From: an uncultured archaeon | GTDB taxonomy: Archaea > Iainarchaeota > Iainarchaeia > Iainarchaeales > Iainarchaeaceae | DNA: 54,094 nucleotides | Assembly (NCBI GenBank): GCA_902386385.1 | Contig: CABMIU010000025.1 | Coordinates: 1-54,094 of the forward strand | Direction: 5' to 3' | Shown here: in pieces, positions 18,004 through 27,208 of the stretch | Numbering within the stretch: the stretch's first letter is position 1 | Layout of the letters: the number at the start of each line of letters is the position of its first letter | Notes under the pieces: generated by a model | What the model saw: the letters and a program-made list of their open reading frames with translations, nothing else | Told to the model about the DNA's origin: nothing | Databases searched by the model: none | Made by a program: the position numbers and the translations under genes

Positions 18004-18945
18004 TCATTTTTCCTTGTACTTCCACTTGCCCTCGCCGAGGCCCATGAACCTGCCCTGGCCTGATGAATCCTGCCCGCTGCTTAGCGGCAGGCCGTGCTCA
18101 TCCTTCTGCGCATAGATGCTGGATTCACCCATTTTCTGGCGGATGAATTGCGCGGAGAAAAGGAAAATGACTATTACAAGGACAACCCCGATGAGGTACA
18201 TCATAGGCGTTGCCGCACCGGAGGCAAGGCTCACGAATGCTGCTGCAGGGGCATCGTTCTTTTTGTTTGCCATGCCGCTCACCTGGGCCTGCTGCAGCTC
18301 ATAAATCTTCGAGGCAATTGACTGCGCGCCTGAAAGCTGCTCCGAAAGCGATGAAACCTTGGAATCGAAGTAGCGCGACTTGCCTATGAGGAAGGACACC
18401 TTGTTCGAGTCATCCGCTATCTTGCGCCACATGGTGTTCCTGTCTGCATCGTTGCCGGAAAGGCGAGAATCTACCTCGGAGAATTTTTCCTCAGCCTTCA
18501 GGCCGAATGACTCGTCAAGGGAGGTGAATGATATAACCGTCTTTGAATCTGAGCCTGATTCGGATGAAACGGATATTGAATGCTCGCCCTTGCCCAGTCC
18601 CATGTGCGAAACATAAAGCACGAGGCCGCCAGTGGAATTCGTGTTCTCATCCGCGAGGAATGCCTTGATTGCGAACTGGCCGTTGTAAGGGTCTGTTGTT
18701 ATTGTGCCGTTGGAGTAAACATCTAGAAGGGATGCATTGTCCACCTTTACAGTCGCCCTTGACCATGACTCGGTCGGGTCAAGCACAACCTTGAAGCCCC
18801 ATGAGACATTTTCAGGGACAGCGGCAGGCGCCTCGACTGAAATTGAATACGCAGGGCATGCAATAATCAGCAGGGCAAATGCCGCTAGGGCAGCCTCGGC
18901 GAGTAGGCTGTTGCCCGGCCCAGGTTTAATCAGCGGTATCATCAT
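18004..18945 (-). CDS. Secreted, membrane-anchored hypothetical protein
   Basis: Signal peptide, beta-rich domain, coiled coil and C-terminal TM helix. Confidence 0.75.
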   Translation of the reverse strand: MMIPLIKPGPGNSLLAEAALAAFALLIIACPAYSISVEAPAAVPENVSWGFKVVLDPTESWSRATVKVDNASLLDVYSNGTITTDPYNGQFAIKAFLADENTNSTGGLVLYVSHMGLGKGEHSISVSSESGSDSKTVISFTSLDESFGLKAEEKFSEVDSRLSGNDADRNTMWRKIADDSNKVSFLIGKSRYFDSKVSSLSEQLSGAQSIASKIYELQQAQVSGMANKKNDAPAAAFVSLASGAATPMMYLIGVVLVIVIFLFSAQFIRQKMGESSIYAQKDEHGLPLSSGQDSSGQGRFMGLGEGKWKYKEK

Positions 18946-19071
18946 GGAAATAAGCGGTCAGATGTTAATAAAACGGATACAGGTAGTTTTCGCTGGTGGC
19001 TGATTCCTGCCCCTGGCATTTGCCTGAAAATTGCGTCCATTTTAAAAGGGAAATATGGGGAAATCTATCCG

Positions 19072-20232
19072 ATGCCGATCGAAAGGGTTAAGTTCGGAGA
19101 AAAGGAGATACTCCTCCTCGGAACGGCGCACATTTCAAAAGCCAGCACCGATGAAGTCAAGGAAGCCATCGAAAATGAGAAGCCGGACATTGTAGGGGTC
19201 GAGCTTGACATCAAGAGGTTCGAGCAGCTGCGCAACGGCGAGCGCTGGCAGAACATGAACATCGGCGACGTCATTTCATCGGGGCAGACATACCTTTTCC
19301 TGCTAACGGTTCTCCTAACAAACCTCCAGAGGTCCCTCGGCCAGCAGCTCGGCGTGAAGCCGGGCTCGGAAATGATACAGGCGATTAATGCAGCGGAGCA
19401 GAAAGGCATCCCCGTTGCGCTCCTGGACAGGGACGTGAATATCACCCTGAAAAGGGCGATGCAGAAAATGAGCATTGGCGAAAAACTGCATTTCGGGATA
19501 TCCGCAATAGCTGGGTTTTTCCCTGATGAGAGAAAGGCCCTTGACTCTGAAGCGGTTGAGAAGCTGAAGGAAAAGGACCTGCTGAGCGAGCTTATGAAGC
19601 AGCTCGCAAAGGAGCTACCTTCCGTTAAGTCAGTGCTCGTGGATGAGAGGGACGCTTACATCGCGAACAGCATCGCGAGCGCGCCGGGAAAAAAAGTGCT
19701 TGCAATCGTTGGCGCTGGCCATATCGAGGGGATAAAGGAATCCATTGGCAGGCCTGTTGACATCGAGGCCATTTCAAGAGTGGAAAAAAGCAGGGGCATT
19801 GACTGGGCAAAAATAATCCAGTGGGCAATCCCTGTTTCCTTCGTAATCCTCCTCGGCAGCCTTTTCCTTGCAAAAGGGCTGAACGTGACTCTGACCGCAA
19901 TGGTTTATTGGTTCCTTTCAACCGGATTGCTTGCAGCCCTAGGAACCTTTATTGCGGGAGGCCACCCGCTTTCTGTCCTTGCGGCATTCCTCGCAGCGCC
20001 GTTCACAACTCTGCACCCGCTCCTCGCAGCGGGCTGGGTAGCGGGATATGTCGAGGCAAAAATCAGGAACCCCAAGGTCAGGGATTTCGAGGGACTGGCG
20101 AACCTGAATTCCTTTGGCGATTTCACCAGGAACCAGGTGACAAGGATACTGCTCGTTGTCGGGTTGGCGAATATCGGCGCGACAATCGGCGTGATAATAG
20201 GGCTGCCGCTGGTGGCGTCGCTGCTGGGGTAA
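19072..20232 (+). CDS. TraB/PrgY (pheromone shutdown) family protein
   Basis: LLGTAHIS, VGVELD, PGSEM, LDRD, DERD and VGAGH motifs; C-terminal TM helices. Confidence 0.9.
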   Translation: MPIERVKFGEKEILLLGTAHISKASTDEVKEAIENEKPDIVGVELDIKRFEQLRNGERWQNMNIGDVISSGQTYLFLLTVLLTNLQRSLGQQLGVKPGSEMIQAINAAEQKGIPVALLDRDVNITLKRAMQKMSIGEKLHFGISAIAGFFPDERKALDSEAVEKLKEKDLLSELMKQLAKELPSVKSVLVDERDAYIANSIASAPGKKVLAIVGAGHIEGIKESIGRPVDIEAISRVEKSRGIDWAKIIQWAIPVSFVILLGSLFLAKGLNVTLTAMVYWFLSTGLLAALGTFIAGGHPLSVLAAFLAAPFTTLHPLLAAGWVAGYVEAKIRNPKVRDFEGLANLNSFGDFTRNQVTRILLVVGLANIGATIGVIIGLPLVASLLG

Positions 20233-20239
20233 AATCGCG

Positions 20240-20872
20240 TCACTTTTTCTTCAGGTAAGGCAGCACCGTGCCTGCCTTCTCCGCCTCTTCAATCAGCTTC
20301 TTCGCATACAAAATCCTTTGCACCGAGCCGATTAGTGCCACAATTGCAATAGCCAACAAAAATATTTCAAGGCCTTTAATTCCAGCAATCGAAACAGAGA
20401 AAACCGAGGCAAGCAGGCCAAGCAGGAGCAGTATCATCCGCTCCGCGTGCTCTCCGATTGCCGGCCAGTCGCGGTTGTCGGTTATTATCACCAAGCCAAC
20501 GCGCGGCTTTGCGTAGGAATTAAGCATCGAAAAGCCGAGGGCGCAGGAAGCCGCAACAGGGTACATGAATGCGCATGCAATGAAGAGGATTATTTCCACG
20601 ACCTTGTCAACCATTGTCTCGAAATAATTCCCGAAAAGGGATTCCTTCTCCTGCAGGCGCGCAACCGCACCGTCAAAGAGGTCGATTGAGACAGCGAGAC
20701 AGGAGAAGATGAATGCAAAAAGGAAATTTTGCGAAGCGATGAAATATGCCGCGATTATTGCAAGCGGGATGGCAAGGAAGCTGAAGATGTTCGGATTGAT
20801 TCCAAGGGCCGCGAAAGGCTTTGCGACAGCTTCCGCGAAATGCCTTGTACCTTGCCTGATTTTGCCGAGCAT
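20240..20872 (-). CDS. CDP-alcohol phosphatidyltransferase
   Basis: NPN and DLFDGAVAR...GNYFETMVD signature. Confidence 0.9.
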   Translation of the reverse strand: MLGKIRQGTRHFAEAVAKPFAALGINPNIFSFLAIPLAIIAAYFIASQNFLFAFIFSCLAVSIDLFDGAVARLQEKESLFGNYFETMVDKVVEIILFIACAFMYPVAASCALGFSMLNSYAKPRVGLVIITDNRDWPAIGEHAERMILLLLGLLASVFSVSIAGIKGLEIFLLAIAIVALIGSVQRILYAKKLIEEAEKAGTVLPYLKKK

Positions 20873-20932
20873 ATGGTTCAAAATTAACAATGCACTAACA
20901 CACTTAAAAGGAAATAAGTGCATTTTACTACC

Positions 20933-21934
20933 ATGAAAATATCCTTCTTCGAGACCGAAAAGTGGGAGCAGGAGTATCTAGAGGAAAGGCTAAGTGGGCA
21001 TACCCTTTCTTTTTCCGCTAAAAATCTCGGCCCAAGCCAGGCAAAAAAAATCAGCGATGCTGAAGCGCTTGGCATTTTTATCTATTCCCCGATAGACAAG
21101 AAGGCCCTTGATGCCTTGCCAAGGCTCAAGCTTGTCACGACAATGTCCACTGGTTACAACCACATTGACCTGAAGGAATGCGCAAAGAGGGGCATAACAG
21201 TCTGCAACGTGCCGACATACGGCGAGAACACCGTTGCAGAGCACACCTTTGCGCTGCTGCTGGCCCTGTCGCGCAGGATACACCAGTCTTATGAGCGCAC
21301 AAGCAGGGCGGATTTCAGCGCAATCGGCCTGCGCGGCTTTGACCTCAAGGGCAAGACGATAGGGGTGGTTGGATGCGGGCACATCGGCAGGCACGTCGTG
21401 AGAATCGCGAAAGGCTTTGAAATGAATGTTATCGCCTATGAGAGGTTCCCTGACAGGAAACTCGAGAAAGAGCTCGGCTTCGCGCATGTTTCGCTCGAAG
21501 AACTTTACAGGCAATCGGATATAATTACATTTCATGTGCCGCTGAATGACGGCACACGGCACATGTTCGATGCAGATTCCCTAAAAAAAGTGAAAAAAGG
21601 CGTGACAATCCTAAATACTTCACGGGGGGAAATCATTGACACAAATGCGCTCATAAAAGGGCTTGAAAGCAAGGCAATCGGCAGCGCCGGCCTTGATGTC
21701 CTTGAGGGAGAATGCTTAATCCGCGAGGAAAAGCAGGTCATTGACCAGAATTTCAAGAAAGAATGCGACCTGCGGCAGGTGTTGCGGAACCACGTCCTCC
21801 TGAAGATGCAGAACGTGCTTATAACGCCACACAATGCATTCAACAGCCAGGAGGCGCTTGAAAGGATACTGAATACGACAATTGAGAACATTGAGGCATT
21901 TGCAAAGGGAATGCCGGTTAACATTGCCAAGTAA
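20933..21934 (+). CDS. D-2-hydroxyacid (D-lactate-like) dehydrogenase
   Basis: TGYNHID, VAEHT, GCGHIG, NTSRG, GLDVLEGE and TPHNAF motifs. Confidence 0.9.
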   Translation: MKISFFETEKWEQEYLEERLSGHTLSFSAKNLGPSQAKKISDAEALGIFIYSPIDKKALDALPRLKLVTTMSTGYNHIDLKECAKRGITVCNVPTYGENTVAEHTFALLLALSRRIHQSYERTSRADFSAIGLRGFDLKGKTIGVVGCGHIGRHVVRIAKGFEMNVIAYERFPDRKLEKELGFAHVSLEELYRQSDIITFHVPLNDGTRHMFDADSLKKVKKGVTILNTSRGEIIDTNALIKGLESKAIGSAGLDVLEGECLIREEKQVIDQNFKKECDLRQVLRNHVLLKMQNVLITPHNAFNSQEALERILNTTIENIEAFAKGMPVNIAK

Positions 21935-22045
21935 GGCGGGCGGCTTAAAAAAAACAAATTGATAATAATTAATTTTAATTGGAGTGGTAAGTTGATTATT
22001 ATATTGAAATCATTTTGAACGGTATAGTTTGTGAAGTGAGCAAAA

Positions 22046-23014
22046 ATGGTTGTCTGCATTATTGCCCTGTTTGTTTTCGGCATCCTGAGCATTTTCTCTG
22101 CGACGCACAGGCCGTTGTTCAAGGAGGCACTGGACTGCGTTTTCAGGAAAGCCACCTTGCGGCCATGCAACACAGGCCTCGACAGGCGCCTGAAGATGCT
22201 TGTTTCGGTAAAGGTGATGAAACGCAATGAAGGCCTAGGCAAATTCATCAACAAGCACTTTGAATCAATCTCAACATTGTTCACGCTCATTTTCATCGGC
22301 AGCATTGCATTCACCGGAATCGGCCTCTACAATTTCTGGGCTTACGGCAACTGCAACGGCCCGAACACGAACGCATTCTGCCCGCTGAGCCCTGAAACAT
22401 ATTCAGGGACAAACCCCCTTGAATGGCTTTTCCCTCCCTCGCCGGGGCAGGTAAAGATGGTTCCATTCGAAGGCCTCCCGATGAAAGGGAACGCGGATGC
22501 GCAAGTGAAGATTATCGAAGTCGGGTGCTTCACCTGCCCCTACACAAAGTCAACGGAATACCTTGTCCAGGAGGTTCTTGACAATTACAACGGGGCGGAT
22601 GGCAAAGGCGGGAAAGTTGCGCTTTATTTCAAGTACTTCCCCCTGCCAACGCACAATTATTCCTTCAAGGCGGCGGAGGCGGCGGAATGCGCGAGGGACC
22701 AGGGCAAGTTCTGGGAATACAAGGATTTGCTTTTCAAGAGGCAGCTCGAATGCACCCAAACCCCGGATGAAAGCCAGCTGCTGCAGCACTACAAGGGATT
22801 CGCCGCTGACCTGAACCTCGACACAACGTCGTTCAACGCATGTCTTGATTCAGGCAAGTATACGCAGCACGTGCAGCAACAGAAGCAGGAATCCATAAAC
22901 GCGGGCATCTACGGCACGCCGACATTCTTCATCAACGGAAAAGTGCTTGTCGCGCCGAAAACCATCGAGGAATTCTCTGCAGTGATTGACGCGGAACTGG
23001 CGAAGGCGAAATAA
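22046..23014 (+). CDS. Membrane-anchored DsbA/thioredoxin-fold protein
   Basis: GCFTCPYT, FPLPTH, AAEAAECARDQGKFWEY and GTPTFFING motifs; two N-terminal TM helices. Confidence 0.88.
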   Translation: MVVCIIALFVFGILSIFSATHRPLFKEALDCVFRKATLRPCNTGLDRRLKMLVSVKVMKRNEGLGKFINKHFESISTLFTLIFIGSIAFTGIGLYNFWAYGNCNGPNTNAFCPLSPETYSGTNPLEWLFPPSPGQVKMVPFEGLPMKGNADAQVKIIEVGCFTCPYTKSTEYLVQEVLDNYNGADGKGGKVALYFKYFPLPTHNYSFKAAEAAECARDQGKFWEYKDLLFKRQLECTQTPDESQLLQHYKGFAADLNLDTTSFNACLDSGKYTQHVQQQKQESINAGIYGTPTFFINGKVLVAPKTIEEFSAVIDAELAKAK

Positions 23015-23040
23015 TTCGGCTGAGAGTTTTGGCATCCGAA

Positions 23041-23304
23041 TTAATGCTGCAGCTTGTACCAACATTCATATTCTTTGTGGCCGCCAACGAAGTAGAATCT
23101 CACTTCGTTCGCCTGCTCAAAAACCCTATAAATTATCCTGTGCTGCCCGACTTCACCGACAAAAAATCTTGCGCCAGCCATCAAATGCCTTTTTTGCGGA
23201 TGCTCCAGAATTTTCTGGATTTTCTTTCCGACACGAACCTGAAGCTCTTTCTCCAGTTTCCGGAAATGCCAATTCCATTCAGCTTCAAATACAGGCAAAT
23301 ACAT
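23041..23304 (-). CDS. RelE/ParE-like toxin
   Basis: 87 aa with FRKL...KKI...HP...VGQHRIIY...VGGHKEY; directly downstream of an RHH gene. Confidence 0.75.
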   Translation of the reverse strand: MYLPVFEAEWNWHFRKLEKELQVRVGKKIQKILEHPQKRHLMAGARFFVGEVGQHRIIYRVFEQANEVRFYFVGGHKEYECWYKLQH

Positions 23305-23309
23305 AAAAG

Positions 23310-23558
23310 TTATTTTTTCTTCAGGTATTTCGCATATTCACCCAAAGCTTCTTCTGCAGTGAGAAGCTTCCTCTTTCCCTCAGCGACTTCCCTGTCCATC
23401 TGGTCAAGCTTCCTGTTCACAAGCTCGGCCTCACTCAGGCGCTCCTTGCCAAAGTTAATGACCGCGAGCCTCACGGCCTCCGATTTGGTGTTCGCAAAGC
23501 CCTGGCGGACCATTTCATCGAGTATTTCCATCGATTTCCCCCTGAAAACCACATTCAT
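23310..23558 (-). CDS. Ribbon-helix-helix antitoxin
   Basis: LDEMVRQGFANTKSEAVR motif; GGTGA ribosome-binding site; 82 aa. Confidence 0.75.
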   Translation of the reverse strand: MNVVFRGKSMEILDEMVRQGFANTKSEAVRLAVINFGKERLSEAELVNRKLDQMDREVAEGKRKLLTAEEALGEYAKYLKKK

Positions 23559-23991
23559 AAAAGAATCACCAAAAACCATTAACCCCACAAATGCTTTAAA
23601 TATGTGCATATTTGGAGCATAATTGGAACATAAATTCAAAATCACAAACACCACTACAATAATATTCGGCAATCAACGTAAAAAGGTTTTGGTTTTGGAT
23701 GCCAAAAACAAGCCAAGAAACAAGGTGGCGATTGGCCAAATGGATAAGTGAAGCACAAATAACTTTTTCTATTGCCTTGCACACCGATAGTACAATATGC
23801 TTCCGGTGCTTTCTCCCCTTGCTACAATGAAAAGGCAAATATGGAAAACCACATTGAAGAAGTGCACAAGCTGCAGAAAGAGGAGGCTATCTGACACTTT
23901 TTACTCATCGAGGATGGCAGAACTGATGGCTCGGCAAAAATGCGGTCCCGCAACCGCAACAATTAAACATTGAACTTTCTTTTACTTTTCC

Positions 23992-25209
23992 ATGATTTCC
24001 GAGAAAATCCGCCAGGAGTTTCCCGCGCTGCAGAACAACCCCGGCCTTGTTTACCTTGATAACGCCGCGACAACCCTCAAGCCCAAATGCGTAATCGATG
24101 CCGTGCGGTCGTATTACGAGGAGTTTCCGGCGAACGTGGGCAGGGGTTCACACAGGCTCGCGCGCAAGGCAACTGAGAAATACGAGGACGCGAGGGCAAC
24201 TGTCGCAGGCTTTGTCGGAGCAAAGGAAAATGAGTTAGTTTTCACTAGGAATGCGACCGAGAGCATTAACCTTGCCGCGGTGTCACTGGAAAGGATGGGA
24301 CATTTCAATGCAGGCGACGAGGTTTTGGTTTCTTTCCTCGAGCACCACGCGAACCTCCTGCCATGGCAGCAGCTGTGCGAAAGAACAGGCACAAAATTGA
24401 AAGTGGCGAAACTCAACCCGGATTATACTCTGGACATGGGGGACCTCGCCAAAAAAGTTTCACGCAAGACCAAAATTGTCGCAATAGCCCATGCCTCGAA
24501 TACCGTCGCATCAATCCAGCCGGTTTCGGAGATTGCGAAGATTTGCCATGACAACGGCGCATTTTTCCTCGTGGACGGTGCACAGTCTGTTCCGCACATG
24601 GAAGTTAACGTGAGGAGAATCAACGCCGATTTTTACGCTTTCTCCGGCCACAAGATGCTCGGCCCGACTGGGACCGGGGCCCTTTATGGAAAAGAGGATT
24701 TGCTCGCAAAAATGCCCCCTTACAATTACGGCGGCGGAATGATAAGGAAAGTCACGGTTGAAAGGACGGAATTCGGCGATGCACCGCAGAAGTTCGAGGC
24801 CGGGACTCCCGCAATAGCCGAAGCTATAGGGTTTGGCGAAGCCTGCAGTTTCCTGAGGAAGCTCGGGATGCAGGACGTGCGCAACCACGAGAAGCAGCTC
24901 ACCAGGCACGGCCTCGGCAAAATCAGCAGTATAAAAGGGGTGAAGGTCTACTGCCCGGCGGATGCGGAGAAGCAGGCAGGCATCGTGATGTTCGGCATTG
25001 ACGGCATTGATGCGGTGGATGTCGCGGCAGCCCTTGATGAATCAGGGAAAATCGCGGTGCGCTCTGGGATGCACTGCGCCGAGCCCATCGTGGGAAGCAT
25101 AAATCCGCACGGCCTTGTTCGCGCGAGCTTTTACATTTACAACACTGCCGCTGAAGTTGACCTGCTCTGCAGCGAAATTGAAACCATTTCAAGGGCATTC
25201 GGCAAGTGA
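23992..25209 (+). CDS. sufS: Cysteine desulfurase (SufS/CsdA type)
   Basis: YLDNAATT, EHHAN, DGAQS, FSGHKMLGPTG and RSGMHCA motifs. Confidence 0.9.
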   Translation: MISEKIRQEFPALQNNPGLVYLDNAATTLKPKCVIDAVRSYYEEFPANVGRGSHRLARKATEKYEDARATVAGFVGAKENELVFTRNATESINLAAVSLERMGHFNAGDEVLVSFLEHHANLLPWQQLCERTGTKLKVAKLNPDYTLDMGDLAKKVSRKTKIVAIAHASNTVASIQPVSEIAKICHDNGAFFLVDGAQSVPHMEVNVRRINADFYAFSGHKMLGPTGTGALYGKEDLLAKMPPYNYGGGMIRKVTVERTEFGDAPQKFEAGTPAIAEAIGFGEACSFLRKLGMQDVRNHEKQLTRHGLGKISSIKGVKVYCPADAEKQAGIVMFGIDGIDAVDVAAALDESGKIAVRSGMHCAEPIVGSINPHGLVRASFYIYNTAAEVDLLCSEIETISRAFGK

Positions 25210-25320
25210 ATCTGACTGGAAATCTGCAGGGCAAAAAACCCGGAATATCGGCAATCGGCATAAAAATCATTTTGAGACCGCGGGGGGTATTTATATATGT
25301 TCTGCACCGAGTCCTAACAA

Positions 25321-26280
25321 ATGGCAAGAGTCGACATTTCGAATCTTTTCGGCGCCGCGGGCATAAAGCACAGCGGCTTTGTCGACATCAGCGGAAAAAT
25401 GCCGCAGATAGAGGAAAATCCAAAAGAGGACTGGCTTTACCTCTCGCTGATTGCGTTCAGGAAAGCTGAAAGCCTTTTCGGAAATAGCATTTCAAGCGCG
25501 GCTGCAATCGGCAGCGGCAACGGTGTTGACGCGATTGCAATGCTGCGCACATTCAAAAATCTAAGGCGGCTTCAGGTGACGGACATCGTGCCAGAAATTC
25601 TGCCGAAAATAAGCCAGAACATAAAGAAGAATTCAGCAGACATTATAGAGGGCAGGGAAATATCATATAAGCCTGGCAGAGACTGCCTGCCAGTCGAAGG
25701 GAAAGTCGACCTGATATACGCAAACCTGCCTTTGATGATGGCGTCCGGAAAATCATTCGGCAGGCTGAATTCAAATGTAGCCCTTGCTGACATGGGCTGC
25801 TATTTCGGCCTTTCAAACGGTAAAGAGGACCTGCTTTACAGGTATTCCCTCCTGCCGCAGCTCGGTTTCCTGCTCTCTGCAGGGGACAAGCTCGGCAAAA
25901 ATGGCAGGGTACTTACAATGGTCGGGGGAAGGCTGCCTGGAAATGCATTGGACGAGTGCTTTTCAAGGGCAGGAATGAAATATGAAAAATTTGCCTGCGC
26001 GTTCAAGAGCCACAGCGACATCGCTTTCCTCGAGGAATACGCGAGGCACGAGGCGGAAAACGGCCTGAGCTTTGAATTTTATGACTATGAAAAGGCAAGG
26101 GACAGGATAAGGGAAAAAATTGGCGTTGAGCCTCCTGCGGCAATGGACAAGGTCAACTGCACTAAGATGAAACCAATGATTTCCAGCGCAAGGATAAATG
26201 CAGCCGAAGCCCTGGCTCTTCACAGGAAAGGCGGGAAGATAGGGCACATAGCGTATGCGCTGCTCGCCTGCAAAAAATGA
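25321..26280 (+). CDS. Class I SAM-dependent methyltransferase resembling the methionine S-methyltransferase domain
   Basis: EDW, AIGSGNG, TDI, IYANLP, VGGR, FEFY and GGKIGH motifs. Confidence 0.75.
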   Translation: MARVDISNLFGAAGIKHSGFVDISGKMPQIEENPKEDWLYLSLIAFRKAESLFGNSISSAAAIGSGNGVDAIAMLRTFKNLRRLQVTDIVPEILPKISQNIKKNSADIIEGREISYKPGRDCLPVEGKVDLIYANLPLMMASGKSFGRLNSNVALADMGCYFGLSNGKEDLLYRYSLLPQLGFLLSAGDKLGKNGRVLTMVGGRLPGNALDECFSRAGMKYEKFACAFKSHSDIAFLEEYARHEAENGLSFEFYDYEKARDRIREKIGVEPPAAMDKVNCTKMKPMISSARINAAEALALHRKGGKIGHIAYALLACKK

Positions 26281-26553
26281 AGATGGCAAAAGGAACAGCG
26301 AGTCAGTGACCGCTCAGCCAGCACTAAAAACCGGTTTGCATTATACCCCCTCGAAGAGGGAACCTCCGTCGCTCCGAAGCGGCGAAAGGCTTCGCGGGCC
26401 TTTCCGCGCGGGAAACCTTTTTTAATCTAACCCACGGCATGGTTTGTAATGGATAGCGGGCATGGTGAGGGCCCGGAAATAATCAGGACTGGATTCCGGA
26501 TGCAGCCAGCGAAAGCTCTTTGCGCGAAAGGCGGAAAAAGCCGCGGTCTTTGC

Positions 26554-26814
26554 ATGCGTGAGCGGGCTTCGCTCAGGGAATTTTCTGTTTCTTTTGTTCT
26601 CCTGCAGGCTTTCCCGCTTTTCCTGCTAGCGGCTTTTGCAGTAATTGCGGGGACAAAGCTCGGCGTAATCGGCATCAACAAGGGACTTGCAATAATGCTC
26701 GTGCTTCTTGCCGGCTTCTACACGATAATGCCAAAACTCATTTCAAGGGTTTTCGACGGAATAATCGCGCTCAGGGAGGCGAGGATTTCATCAAGGCAAA
26801 GGGGGGTTTTGTGA
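26554..26814 (+). CDS. Small two-TM membrane protein at the head of the ATP synthase operon
   Basis: Two hydrophobic helices; stop overlaps the next ATG (TGATG); start uncertain. Confidence 0.5.
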   Translation: MRERASLREFSVSFVLLQAFPLFLLAAFAVIAGTKLGVIGINKGLAIMLVLLAGFYTIMPKLISRVFDGIIALREARISSRQRGVL

Positions 26815-27131
26815 TGGACGAGGACGGTTTTGCGGAAGAGCTCGCTGAAATAAGGGCCGCGGAAAAGGAAAAGGAGAAAATCATTGCGCAGGCCAAAAAA
26901 GAGGCGGAAGAGATTGTTGCCAAGGCAAACGCCGAAGCGAGGAAAATCGGCGAGAAGGCATCCGCAGAGGCGGCAGTCTCGGAGGCGCGCATGGTTGAAG
27001 AGGCAAGGAAAGGAATCGAGGATGAAGAAAAGAAAATCTTTGAGGCTGCGGCCAATGAATCAAAAAGGACAATGGAAATGACCGTGCCTTTGCCGTTTGC
27101 GAGGAAAGTGGCGGAGGAAATACTTGAATGA
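26814..27131 (+). CDS. atpH: A-type ATP synthase subunit H (G)
   Basis: Charged Ala/Glu/Lys coiled coil directly upstream of subunit I. Confidence 0.8.
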   Translation: MDEDGFAEELAEIRAAEKEKEKIIAQAKKEAEEIVAKANAEARKIGEKASAEAAVSEARMVEEARKGIEDEEKKIFEAAANESKRTMEMTVPLPFARKVAEEILE

Positions 27132-27208
27132 AGCCGGAATGGCGGGCGAATGCGGCATTTTGCCGGGCATGGCCATGATAAATAATTGAATGAAAAAAAG
27201 GCGATTGA

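Noticed and set aside
23760..23975. Short Cys/His-containing ORFs upstream of sufS
   Set aside because: No clear ribosome-binding site or complete metal-binding motif; could be a remnant but unsupported.
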